Positions 36,892-46,067 of a stretch of DNA of 64,000 nt are shown here, piece by piece. Position 1 is the first letter of the stretch. The number at the start of each line of letters is the position of its first letter. The position numbers and the translations under genes are program-made. Location of the stretch: contig JAEETK010000001.1 of NCBI GenBank assembly GCA_016290315.1, forward strand, positions 83,157 to 147,156, in the 5' to 3' direction. The notes beneath the pieces are model-generated. The model made no database searches. It worked only from the letters and a program-made list of their open reading frames with translations, and was not told the DNA's origin. The stretch comes from Candidatus Saccharimonadota bacterium. GTDB taxonomy: Bacteria; Patescibacteriota; Saccharimonadia; Saccharimonadales; Saccharimonadaceae.

Positions 36892-37413
36892 ATGGGGGGT
36901 GATATATTGGCTTCGGTTACAGGCTTGAGCTATCGCGATTCGGTGTTATTGTTTGCGCATGAACTGGGGTTCATACGGGTAGTTAGGGATAATGTGCGCT
37001 ATTTTTTGTTGGACGATATTGTATCTTATTATGGAGAAAATATGCGTGGGCAGAATATTGAGCACAAAAACTTAGATTCGATTATTGCTACGTATGATAT
37101 TTGGGATTACACATTGCAACTAAAAGTTCAAACGAAAAAGGAAAAATCTTTTGTTTGGACTATCTTAAGGATGTTGCATTTAGTGTTTCCCAAAGCGGAT
37201 CTTAGTTTAAAGATAACGGAAAAAGGAATTAATAGCGAAAAGCAAGGAGCGTATGGGTATTTTCGAGAGGAAGTACTTCCGTTTTCTGGCGGTATGGAAT
37301 ATCGTTGCGTGGCGCTCGGAAGGGTTGCGTTAAGTAAGGATCAGGTAATTCGGATAATTTATAGTCTTAACGAACTTCAGGAAAACCATGAGCGATGGGC
37401 GTGTACTGACTAG
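36892..37413 (+). CDS. hypothetical protein
   Basis: 173-aa ORF. No motif was recognised. Confidence 0.45.
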   Translation: MGGDILASVTGLSYRDSVLLFAHELGFIRVVRDNVRYFLLDDIVSYYGENMRGQNIEHKNLDSIIATYDIWDYTLQLKVQTKKEKSFVWTILRMLHLVFPKADLSLKITEKGINSEKQGAYGYFREEVLPFSGGMEYRCVALGRVALSKDQVIRIIYSLNELQENHERWACTD

Positions 37414-37487
37414 GCTATAGTTAAAGAAGCGCAGTATGATATTGCGGCCGTTTGGTCGCAATTTTTAATTGATATAATTTTAAATGT

Positions 37488-38297
37488 ATGGAAGAAAAAG
37501 TTGAAGCGATTATCGAAGATGTCGAACTATATACGGGAAATTATTTAGGTGATGCTGAAAAGCGGTATTATACGGATGGCGCAACTGATGCGAAGGTTTT
37601 TAGCTTGGCAAAAAAGTATTTGATAAAAATTACGGATTTAAATACGATAAAAACGCAGGTGGTATTTTTTAGGCAAAATCACGATGCCGCATTCCAAAAC
37701 TTAGTTTGCTACAGTGAAGATCTTGGGTATTTGTGTTTCGATTTTATTGATGGGGAACGTTTTTTAGATAGCGAAATAAGTCCCGAAGAGACGATTATGC
37801 AACTATCTAGAATTGTCGGTAGTTATTGCAGATATCCGCATGATGGGTACGGATTCTTAAATGAAGAACACGTTTCTTGGCGGGCGTTTTTGTTGGACGA
37901 AATAGAATATGCGCGTAGGAATATCGGTGAGATATCTACTGAAAAAGTAATGACTGCATTGGATATTGCGGGAAGGTATAATCCAGAACAGTTTTTGATG
38001 CATGGCGATTTTGGGTCACATAATTTTTTGGTTGAAAAAGGGAAGATTAGAGTGATAGACCCCATGCCGTTGGTAGGAGATTATCTGTATGACTTTTATT
38101 TTGCGTTATTGTCTAATAATAAAATAATTGGCGAATTAGGGGCGGAAGCAATATATCGGTATTTTGGCGAGCGTGATTTGGACTATCGGCGAGCGCTTAT
38201 GGTGGTTGCTTTATATGTACGCATGAGTAGGGTGGCCATTTATGACGAAGAACATCTTCAAGCTTACATTAACTTATATAGGAACATTGCAGTTTAG
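37488..38297 (+). CDS. aminoglycoside/choline kinase-like phosphotransferase (APH family)
   Basis: Catalytic loop HGDFGSHNFLV and the metal-binding IDPMP segment. TGaTATAAT lies at 37470-37478. Confidence 0.65.
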   Translation: MEEKVEAIIEDVELYTGNYLGDAEKRYYTDGATDAKVFSLAKKYLIKITDLNTIKTQVVFFRQNHDAAFQNLVCYSEDLGYLCFDFIDGERFLDSEISPEETIMQLSRIVGSYCRYPHDGYGFLNEEHVSWRAFLLDEIEYARRNIGEISTEKVMTALDIAGRYNPEQFLMHGDFGSHNFLVEKGKIRVIDPMPLVGDYLYDFYFALLSNNKIIGELGAEAIYRYFGERDLDYRRALMVVALYVRMSRVAIYDEEHLQAYINLYRNIAV

Positions 38298-38504
38298 TGT
38301 TCGCTTGCGGTAGTTGGGGCTTCGGTGGATAGTTGTTGGTGCTGAACGAATATTGCCGTAAAGGTAAAGATTGTAACGGCTATAATTATTCCAACCATGC
38401 CCACCAACCAAAGTTTTGACTCTTTTTCTTGACTATTGTGAGTTTGGCTCATGGTTTGATTTTACTATAAATACGTTATAATTAGTGCAATTTTAAATGA
38501 AATA

Positions 38505-38966
38505 ATGAAGATTCTAATATTTGATACTGGAGATGATAACGCCGCGAGAGTATCGGCTACTCTGTTTGAAGAGAACTTTTTGCGCGAAACAGGGATAGCG
38601 GTGCAATATGAAGAAATACGGAGAAGTGAATATGGCAAACCTTTGCCAATAGCGCAATGGCATTACAACTTGAGTCATAGCGGACATTTTTGGACGATGG
38701 TATTGAATAAAAATACTGAAGTGGGGGTGGACATAGAAATGCGTCGTGTTCTGCGGGATAGGATGGAACGGAGAGTGTTAGCATGCAATGAGGAAGCGCT
38801 GAATGGAGAGTTGTTACGAAGTTGGGTACTAAAAGAGGCGTACGCGAAAAAACTGGGCTTGGGGCTGTCGTTAGATTTTCGGACTTTTACAGTAAATGAT
38901 GTCTTTAGGCGCTGTGCGGTGGTCGACCATTCGACTGATCAATATTTTTGCTATACGGTGTGTTGA
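38505..38966 (+). CDS. 4'-phosphopantetheinyl transferase (short Sfp-like)
   Basis: GVDIE and WVLKEAYAKKLG motifs. It is the likely activator of the ACP at 25648. Confidence 0.7.
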   Translation: MKILIFDTGDDNAARVSATLFEENFLRETGIAVQYEEIRRSEYGKPLPIAQWHYNLSHSGHFWTMVLNKNTEVGVDIEMRRVLRDRMERRVLACNEEALNGELLRSWVLKEAYAKKLGLGLSLDFRTFTVNDVFRRCAVVDHSTDQYFCYTVC

Positions 38967-40176
38967 TAGTAGCATTTAATTCTTCACCGCTGTCTGAGGG
39001 GAGGAAGAATGATATGATGGTTGCTGCTAGGGCCCACAAGATGAAGCCAATAACGATTTCTATGATGCGTTGTTTTGCTTTGGTAACTTGAGCTTGATTT
39101 TCACGTGCTGTTATAAAGAGGAATCCACTATAGATAATACCAATTGTGCCGAGTACGGTAATTCCTACGGTAATTGTGCCGATGGCGAATCGGATTATGG
39201 AGTTGATAGTAGCCTCTCCGTCATCTTCGGCTTTTTCGCACCATGGCAGTAAAATAGTTGCGCACTGAGCTTTTCTTGGCGGAGCTATGATAACTTCAGG
39301 GTCTTTGTTCTGTCCACCAGAGCTGCCGCCACCGCCAAGGTCGCTAGCAATAACACTGCCTTTGACCCTATACCAGGACAAAGTGTAGGGGTGATGGCCA
39401 TTATAATAGATATATAAGTCGCCATTAGAATCAAAAGAGATGTCTTCAATTTCGCCATCCACGAGAGATTTTGGTATATGAAGTGTTTTATGGAGTTGCT
39501 TATCTTTAGTTTTATAGATAAAGACGGCATTTTCGTTTTCTTGATAGGATATTTTTTGGCCAAAGGCAGTGCAGTGACAATCCCAAACCGCTAACGCAAC
39601 GTACTCTTTAAATTCGGCTCTCCCTTGCCAGGTTAGGCCACGCCCCATTCCGCTCCAGGCGGCGGCGTCTTCTTTCTTGCAGGGTACTAAGTTACCGTTG
39701 ATCCCGCTATAACACTTAGTTGTCTCGTCTACCAAAAAAGCATTGGTATCCCAACTGTAGTAGAAAGAATTTTGATGTTTCCAGTTGCCGCTAATGACTT
39801 TTTGGACTTTATAAGGAGATTTCCGATCAGCGAAATAGATATAGTTATTGCCGTTATCGCCGTTGAATACAGAAAAAGCCAAGTAGTTTTTAGTAATTGT
39901 GCCACCTTGTCCATAATAGGTTGTAGGGTAGCATATGGTACCTACGCCGTTTTTTCGGCCAGGACACTTCGAGCTATTGTCGCTAGAGCTAGGATAATAC
40001 TTAACGACCGTTTCTAACTCTTTTGCAGTGAGAGTATGCATTTTCCATTCACTCTTATAATCTGCTGGCCAGTTTTTGTACGAAAAGGCATTAACTGGTT
40101 GATTGAGCCCGATAGTAAAAAGTAATGCGCTAATTCCGGCTAGTAGTGATAATTTGGCTAGTTTTCTGTTTGACAT
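38905..40176 (-). CDS. secreted protein with a Gly/Ser linker and a C-terminal T4SS-pilin-like TM hairpin
   Basis: 423 aa. It has a signal peptide, a domain of about 270 aa of unknown type, GGGGSSGG, and then IGTITVGITVLGTIGIIYSGFLFITARENQAQVTKAKQRIIEIVIGFILWALAATIISFF. Confidence 0.6.
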   Translation of the reverse strand: MSNRKLAKLSLLAGISALLFTIGLNQPVNAFSYKNWPADYKSEWKMHTLTAKELETVVKYYPSSSDNSSKCPGRKNGVGTICYPTTYYGQGGTITKNYLAFSVFNGDNGNNYIYFADRKSPYKVQKVISGNWKHQNSFYYSWDTNAFLVDETTKCYSGINGNLVPCKKEDAAAWSGMGRGLTWQGRAEFKEYVALAVWDCHCTAFGQKISYQENENAVFIYKTKDKQLHKTLHIPKSLVDGEIEDISFDSNGDLYIYYNGHHPYTLSWYRVKGSVIASDLGGGGSSGGQNKDPEVIIAPPRKAQCATILLPWCEKAEDDGEATINSIIRFAIGTITVGITVLGTIGIIYSGFLFITARENQAQVTKAKQRIIEIVIGFILWALAATIISFFLPSDSGEELNATINTPYSKNIDQSNGRPPHSA

Positions 40177-40254
40177 GTTTATAATATATTATAATTCAAA
40201 AAATCCTTACTCGAAACATTATCTTTTTAAATAATGGCTTGAGCAAGGATTTTT

Positions 40255-40331
40255 TGGTGGGTCGCGAGGGGCTCGAACCCCCGACCTCCTCGGTGTAAAC
40301 GAGGCGCTCTAGCCAACTGAGCTAGCGACCC
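40255..40331 (-). tRNA. tRNA-Val (anticodon UAC)
   Basis: Manual fold. Acceptor GGGTCGC/GCGACCC, anticodon stem CCTCG/CGAGG with loop ttTACac, T-loop TTCGAGC. CCA is encoded. Confidence 0.88.
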
Positions 40332-40354
40332 ATTAAATTGTTAATCTCTAACCA

Positions 40355-40437
40355 AGTTGGCTAGAGCGCTGGGCGCTCGTTCTTTTACTGACTCGGCGCA
40401 AATGTGCGCCTCGGACAGCAACTGAGCTAGCGACCCA
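40355..40437. repeat. tRNA-Val-derived fragments in the tRNA leader
   Basis: The 19 nt CAACTGAGCTAGCGACCCA at 40419-40437 duplicate 40314-40332, which is the tRNA 5' acceptor plus D-stem. The 15 nt AGTTGGCTAGAGCGC at 40355-40369 are the inverted copy of 40304-40318, the D-arm. Confidence 0.8.
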
Positions 40438-40583
40438 TACGATTTAATTATTTTAGCATATTATTTCCAAAAAGGAAACTGCACACGTGATAAGCGGATA
40501 GGGCCGTTTTTTAATACGAGTGATGAAATTGAAAGAATATGGTAAAATAACAGATATAAAAATAATTAATAGAAAGGGCAGCG

Positions 40584-42389
40584 ATGTCAGATATACAACA
40601 TATTGAGAAAATGCGTCATTCGCTTAGCCATATTATGGCAGCGGCGATTAGGAACTTGTATACTGACACAACAACAATTAAGTTTGGCGTTGGCCCAGCT
40701 ATTGATAATGGTTTTTATTATGATATTGATTTTGGCGGCGTGAAGGTTTCTGAAGATGATTTCAAGAAAATTGAAAAAGAAATGCGCAAAATCATCAACA
40801 AAAAAATGCCAATTGTGCGTAGCGAGAAGACTCGCCAAGAAGCATTGAAGTGGGCTAAGGATAATAAGCAGAAGTACAAAGAAGAATTAATAAAAGATCT
40901 TCCGGAAGATGAGGCTATCTCTTTCTATACGCTGGGGAATTTTGAGGACTTATGTAAGGGGCCTCACGTAGAGAATACTGGAGAGGTTGGTGCATTTAAG
41001 CTCGATAAGGTCGCGGGCGCATATTGGCGTGGCGACGAAAAACGTGAGATGCTGACGCGTATTTATGGTCTAGCATTCGAAACGCAAGAAGAGCTAGATG
41101 AATATTTGAAGCAACAAGAGGAAGCGAAGAAGCGTGACCATCGCAAGATTGGTAAAGAATTGGGGTTATTCTGCTATTCGGAATTAGTCGGAGCGGGCTT
41201 ACCGTTATTTACTCCTAAGGGTACGATTTTGCGCGACATGGTTGCGGCTTTGGCAAATAGCTATCGCGAGCGTTGTGGTTATCAAAAGGTTTGCATTCCG
41301 CATATTGCGAATATCGATCTCTATAAGACATCTGGTCACTTTGAAAAATTCCCAGAGATGTTACGTTTTACTAGCACTGAAAGCGGCGATGAACTAGCCT
41401 TGAAGCCGGTTAACTGTCCGCACCATAGTCAGATTTTTGCGAGCGTACCGCGTTCTTATAAAGAACTGCCAGTTAAATTCCTCGAAACCACGATGGTCTA
41501 TCGTGACGAGCGTAAAGGTGAGCTTGGCGGATTGAGTCGCGTTCGTGCTATCACGCAGGATGATTCGCATGTGTTTTGCACGGAAGAGCAGGTAGGTGAT
41601 ATCTTTGGTGAATTGATTGAGTCGGCCAAAGATTTATATAAACGTATTAATATGCAGCTAAAGTTGCGCTTATCTTTTCGCGATGATGGTGATGGTTATA
41701 TTGGTACGCCAGAGATGTGGGAAAAAGCGCAGAATGCTATTAAAGAGATGGCTGAAAAATTCAAGATGGATTATTCTATCGGAGAAGGCGAGGCTGCTAT
41801 GTATGGTCCAAAGATGGACTTTATGGCCGTGGATGCTCTTGGCCGCGAATGGCAGTTGGCGACCGTGCAGCTGGATTATGCGATGCCGACGCGTTTTGGC
41901 TTGGAATATACGGCTGAGGATGGTAGCAAGAAAACGCCAATCATGATTCATTGTGCTTTGTTGGGCTCAATCGAACGTTTCTTGAGCGTATTCATTGAGC
42001 ATACGGCGGGGTGGTTTCCAGCATGGTGCGCTCCGGAACAAATACGCATCTTGACCTTGAATGATAGTGTTGCGGATTATGCTCGGAAAGTTGAGGATGC
42101 AGTCAAACATGTACGGACATCCTTCTTTGATAGAGACTATAAAGTGCGCTATACGGTCGATGATCGGAATGAAAGTCTCGGTAAGAAAATCCGTGAAGCG
42201 GTAAAGATGAAAATTCCATTTGTCTTTATTGTCGGTCCGAAAGATGCTGAAGCTGAAGAAGTATCAGTGCGTTGGTCGGTAGATGGCAATGAAACTAAGA
42301 TTGGCTTGGGGGATGTGATGGAATACGTAACGAAGAATATCGAAAGAAGTTTTTACACAGATAAAGAACTTCCCGATTTCGATGATTAA
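40584..42389 (+). CDS. thrS: threonine--tRNA ligase (no N-terminal TGS domain)
   Basis: 601 aa. It begins at the second additional domain (RHSLSHIMAAA). Class II motifs are present (FRDE-like YRDERKGEL, GLSRVRAITQDDSH), along with a C-terminal anticodon-binding domain. Confidence 0.92.
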   Translation: MSDIQHIEKMRHSLSHIMAAAIRNLYTDTTTIKFGVGPAIDNGFYYDIDFGGVKVSEDDFKKIEKEMRKIINKKMPIVRSEKTRQEALKWAKDNKQKYKEELIKDLPEDEAISFYTLGNFEDLCKGPHVENTGEVGAFKLDKVAGAYWRGDEKREMLTRIYGLAFETQEELDEYLKQQEEAKKRDHRKIGKELGLFCYSELVGAGLPLFTPKGTILRDMVAALANSYRERCGYQKVCIPHIANIDLYKTSGHFEKFPEMLRFTSTESGDELALKPVNCPHHSQIFASVPRSYKELPVKFLETTMVYRDERKGELGGLSRVRAITQDDSHVFCTEEQVGDIFGELIESAKDLYKRINMQLKLRLSFRDDGDGYIGTPEMWEKAQNAIKEMAEKFKMDYSIGEGEAAMYGPKMDFMAVDALGREWQLATVQLDYAMPTRFGLEYTAEDGSKKTPIMIHCALLGSIERFLSVFIEHTAGWFPAWCAPEQIRILTLNDSVADYARKVEDAVKHVRTSFFDRDYKVRYTVDDRNESLGKKIREAVKMKIPFVFIVGPKDAEAEEVSVRWSVDGNETKIGLGDVMEYVTKNIERSFYTDKELPDFDD

Positions 42390-42541
42390 GGTGAAGTTTT
42401 AAAAAATAGGCGTGAAGCGGTTTCGTGGTTCTGATTTGATATATTGCCTTTGTGTATAATTTATGTTGTGATATAATCTAAGCATCCTTTAGACTAAAGG
42501 TGTAGCTTGTAGTTTTGTTCGTGTTCTAACGGAGGTGCTTT

Positions 42542-42721
42542 GTGAACAAGGAAAAGGTGGAGGCGAAGAAGCCTTCTTGTTGTCAGGATTGTGAACACTT
42601 AATAAAGGAGGGGGTCGCTATCAAGTGTGGACGTAGCAAGGGGATATATCCTGATGGGTATGCGTCATGGATCATTCGCGTACGGTCGCCTGATTGTCCG
42701 TTAGATAAAAAGAGCGATTAG
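42542..42721 (+). CDS. small Cys-rich hypothetical protein (59 aa; not in the ORF track)
   Basis: SD GGAGG lies 6 nt before GTG 42542. The sequence is VNKEKVEAKKPSCCQDCEHLIKEG..KCG..SPDCPLDKKSD. A terminator follows. Confidence 0.45.
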   Translation: MNKEKVEAKKPSCCQDCEHLIKEGVAIKCGRSKGIYPDGYASWIIRVRSPDCPLDKKSD

Positions 42722-42747
42722 AATGTGAGGCGCGAAAGGCCGCGTCG

Positions 42748-42776
42748 AAAGCCCGTTGTTTACGACGGGCTTATTT
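42748..42776 (+). terminator. intrinsic terminator
   Basis: Stem GCCCGT / ACGGGC (42751-42756 with 42765-42770), followed by TTATTTTATT. Confidence 0.6.
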
Positions 42777-42832
42777 TATTGCGATTATGTTAAAATTAGT
42801 ATAGGTATACTTTTGTTAGTTGGGAGATATAA

Positions 42833-43867
42833 ATGGCAAAGAAGATGGGCGAATTTGAGAAGCGGCCGCCGGTGAAAGAGGCGACTCCTATTCCGTTACA
42901 GAGGAGAAAGCCGATTGGCTGGATGATTGCAACGGCTGTTTTTGCGATTATTGCGATGACCGCGATAAGCTATATTATTGTTAACGAGATGGAGTCGAGA
43001 AAATCTAGACGCATTATTTCGTCGGCAAAGGGAGTGGACAGGTGTGCGTATATGAACAGATCCGACAAAGAAGAACATAATAAAGAAAACGTGTCGGATG
43101 GCGAAGATGATGAGCCGGAGCAGGAGCTTGAGCAAGAAATACCAGTTGAAGTGCCCGAAAACGGTTTTAGGAAGAAGGAAGACTATGATGGGATGTTCAA
43201 GAATATTTCGATAGTTTTGAGAAATAAGATTAGTAAAGACGATGCTATAGAGTTGGATAAATATAACAGAGGGCCGAGAGTTAAAGTTGACGAGGGCGTG
43301 TATACGCTTTTGGATTATAGCAGAAATCTTAATGTTGCGTTCTATGATGGTCTCTACGATGAGATTGGCGATGATTGGGATAGTAATCTTGAAGCAATCT
43401 TGGCTAAATATGGCTTCAAACAAGACGCTACAGTGGATAACAATAGTGGATATTATAAAGATAGTCACGGCTCGATTTGTGCAGTTGATACGAGCGGAGC
43501 TATATTCATTAGTTGTGGTCACGAGTCGTGGTTAAGTGAGGAGAATAGGGCTCTAGTTAAGGCGATTTGGCCAGATTATAAAGCAAAGACGAAGAATACG
43601 ATGATTATGTTGAACGCAAAGGTCGCTAATATAAAAAATAGTTCTGTATCTGGATACCAAAGATTAGGGGCTGATGAGCATTATATATCTATTGGCGCGG
43701 GGGCTGTAGCTCTATTCTATAAGAAGGATGGTGGGACGTGGCAGTATTTCACTAGCGCACAGACAATTATGTCTTGTAAATATTATAAAGGCGATATAGC
43801 AAAAGCCTTTGCAGACGATTATTGTCTCGATGAGACGGCAGGGAAAAATCGAAAGGTTGGGCAATAG
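42833..43867 (+). CDS. hypothetical membrane-anchored protein
   Basis: 344 aa with one TM helix, an acidic linker and an ectodomain of unknown type. SD GGGAG lies upstream. Confidence 0.55.
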   Translation: MAKKMGEFEKRPPVKEATPIPLQRRKPIGWMIATAVFAIIAMTAISYIIVNEMESRKSRRIISSAKGVDRCAYMNRSDKEEHNKENVSDGEDDEPEQELEQEIPVEVPENGFRKKEDYDGMFKNISIVLRNKISKDDAIELDKYNRGPRVKVDEGVYTLLDYSRNLNVAFYDGLYDEIGDDWDSNLEAILAKYGFKQDATVDNNSGYYKDSHGSICAVDTSGAIFISCGHESWLSEENRALVKAIWPDYKAKTKNTMIMLNAKVANIKNSSVSGYQRLGADEHYISIGAGAVALFYKKDGGTWQYFTSAQTIMSCKYYKGDIAKAFADDYCLDETAGKNRKVGQ

Positions 43868-43911
43868 CTAACTAAAGCGACTTTTGAGATGGTTTGCGGT
43901 AAAATAAAAAC

Positions 43912-45933
43912 ATGTCGAAAATTTTGGAGGGATTGAATTCCGCGCAAAAAGAGGCTGTTGAGACTTTGTCTGGACCGGTTTTAATTTTGGCGGGTGCCGG
44001 TTCGGGAAAAACGAAGACTTTGACGCATAGAATTGCGAATTTGATAGCAAATGGTGTGGCGCCATATGAGATTTTGGCGCTTACTTTTACGAATAAAGCA
44101 GCGCGCGAGATGCGTGAGCGTTTGGCGCGGTTGCTCGATATGGACAATAACTTCAGTTTTATGCCATGGATGGGGACTTTTCACTCGATTTGTGTGAAGA
44201 TTTTGCGAATTGAGGCAGAGAGCGTTGGTCTATCTAAAAGTTTCGTAATTTACGATACGGATGATCGATTAGCGTTAATTAAGCGCGCAATGAAAGAACT
44301 GCACGTAAGTGACAAAAATATTAAACCGCGAGCGTGCGAGGCGGCAATTTCAAAAGCTAAGAATGAGGGCGAAGACCCAGACGAAATGTTAGCGAAGGCA
44401 TTTTATCCAAATCAGAAGCAGATTGCGGAAGTTTATGAACGTTATGAAGATATGCGCATGAAGGCGGATGCGGTAGATTTTGATGATTTACTTCTATATG
44501 TAGCGAAGTTATTACGCCGGCGTGCGGATATTCGTGCGAAGTGGCGTCGAAAATTTCAGCATATTTTGATTGACGAGTATCAGGATACGAATCATATACA
44601 GTATGAAATTGTAAAGATACTCGTGAATGACCAGATGAATATTTGTTGCGTGGGAGATGATTGGCAATCGATTTATTCTTGGCGTGGGGCGGATTTTACG
44701 AATATCTTGAATTTCGAGCGAGACTTTCCTGGTGCAAAAGTAATAAAACTGGAGCAGAATTACCGATCAACTCAGAATATTTTGGATGCGGCGCAGAAAG
44801 TGATTACGAAAAATACACAACGTAGTGATAAGGAATTATTTACAGATATTGGAAAAGGTGCGCCGGTTGAAATTCATGGTGCACGTGACGAGCAGGACGA
44901 GGCGCGATATGTGGCGGGGATAATTAAGAAAAGCGGACGCATACTGAGTGATTTTGCGGTATTATATCGGACAAATGCGCAGTCGCAAGCGTTTGAAAAA
45001 GCTTTTATGGAATACCGAATTCCGTATAAGTTAGTTGGTGGGGTGCGCTTTTATGATCGTAAAGAAATCCGAGATATTGTGGCGTATTTGCACTTGATTG
45101 TAAATCCGCGCGATATTATTTCCTTTACACGCGTAGTAAATGTGCCGGCGCGGGGGATTGGCGAGAAGTCGGTACAAAAGATTTTGGCCGGAGATATTGA
45201 TGGATTGACGGGGAAGGCGGCGAAGGCGTATTTGCAATTCGCAGATACATTGGAAGCTCTCCGAAAGAAGAACGATAGCAATGCTAATCCGGCGGATATT
45301 ATTGAGGATTTGCTGCGGAGAATCGATTATAGGGGGTATTTGAACGATGGGGATAAGTTGAAGGCCGAGGAGCGAAATGAGAACTTGACGGTACTTATTG
45401 GCGAGGCGGGGGCGTATGCTACTCTGGACGAGTTTTTGGCCGATGCGGCTTTGATGTCTTCGGCGGACGAGGATTCGGGAAAAAATGCGGTGACGCTGAT
45501 GACTTTACATGCGGCGAAAGGTTTGGAATTTCCGATTGTATTCTTGGTTGGTATGGAAGAAGGGTTGTTGCCGCATGTGCGATCGATGGATGAGTCGGCG
45601 GAGGATGTAGAAGAGGAGCGACGCTTAGCCTATGTGGGTATGACGAGGGCGATGCGAGAGCTATTTTTGACTTATGCGCAGTCGCGTTTTGCTTATGGCG
45701 GGCGGAGCTATAATTTTCCATCACGTTTTTTGCAAGACTTAGGTTTTAACCCGTACGGGAACCATGATTTAGATGGCGATGGTTTTATGGATGACGATTT
45801 TGGCGAAGATGATTTTGGTGGCGGTTCAGATGGCCTATGGACAAGGAAGCCTAGTAGGCGAAGTTTTGCGCCGGAAGGGCATAGAGAAGAGGGCTACGAT
45901 CCTTTTCCGCCGGATTTGCCAGTTTATGATTAA
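43912..45933 (+). CDS. pcrA: ATP-dependent DNA helicase (UvrD/PcrA family)
   Basis: 673 aa. SF1 motifs include ILAGAGSGKTKTL, ILIDEYQDTN, NYRSTQNIL, TLHAAKGLEFP and VGMTRA. TAAAAT at 43900-43905 lies 6 nt before the ATG. Confidence 0.9.
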   Translation: MSKILEGLNSAQKEAVETLSGPVLILAGAGSGKTKTLTHRIANLIANGVAPYEILALTFTNKAAREMRERLARLLDMDNNFSFMPWMGTFHSICVKILRIEAESVGLSKSFVIYDTDDRLALIKRAMKELHVSDKNIKPRACEAAISKAKNEGEDPDEMLAKAFYPNQKQIAEVYERYEDMRMKADAVDFDDLLLYVAKLLRRRADIRAKWRRKFQHILIDEYQDTNHIQYEIVKILVNDQMNICCVGDDWQSIYSWRGADFTNILNFERDFPGAKVIKLEQNYRSTQNILDAAQKVITKNTQRSDKELFTDIGKGAPVEIHGARDEQDEARYVAGIIKKSGRILSDFAVLYRTNAQSQAFEKAFMEYRIPYKLVGGVRFYDRKEIRDIVAYLHLIVNPRDIISFTRVVNVPARGIGEKSVQKILAGDIDGLTGKAAKAYLQFADTLEALRKKNDSNANPADIIEDLLRRIDYRGYLNDGDKLKAEERNENLTVLIGEAGAYATLDEFLADAALMSSADEDSGKNAVTLMTLHAAKGLEFPIVFLVGMEEGLLPHVRSMDESAEDVEEERRLAYVGMTRAMRELFLTYAQSRFAYGGRSYNFPSRFLQDLGFNPYGNHDLDGDGFMDDDFGEDDFGGGSDGLWTRKPSRRSFAPEGHREEGYDPFPPDLPVYD

Positions 45934-46067
45934 CTAGTGCTTTTTGAGTTCAGTTATTTTATTTTAAAAAAGTTATGATATTATTATATTAGTACCAAAT
46001 GGGAGGTACTTGGTGAGTGTAGAGTTCTTCAAATCTCAACTAGCTGCGAGAGAATGGAGAATGATCG

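Noticed and set aside
38294-38452. A minus-strand 52-codon ORF encoding a single-TM peptide (MSQTHNSQEKESKLWLVGMVGIIIAVTIFTFTAIFVQHQQ..).
   Set aside because: There is no SD or promoter-like element upstream, and it overlaps the stop of the kinase-like gene. It is plausible as a small membrane protein but is unsupported by sequence alone.
38905-38966. The 62-nt convergent overlap between the PPTase gene and the 38905-40176 gene, as a sign of mis-annotation or antisense regulation.
   Set aside because: Both ORFs carry recognisable motifs up to near their ends, and no alternative earlier stop exists. This cannot be resolved without transcript or protein data, so I only note it under the 38905 finding.
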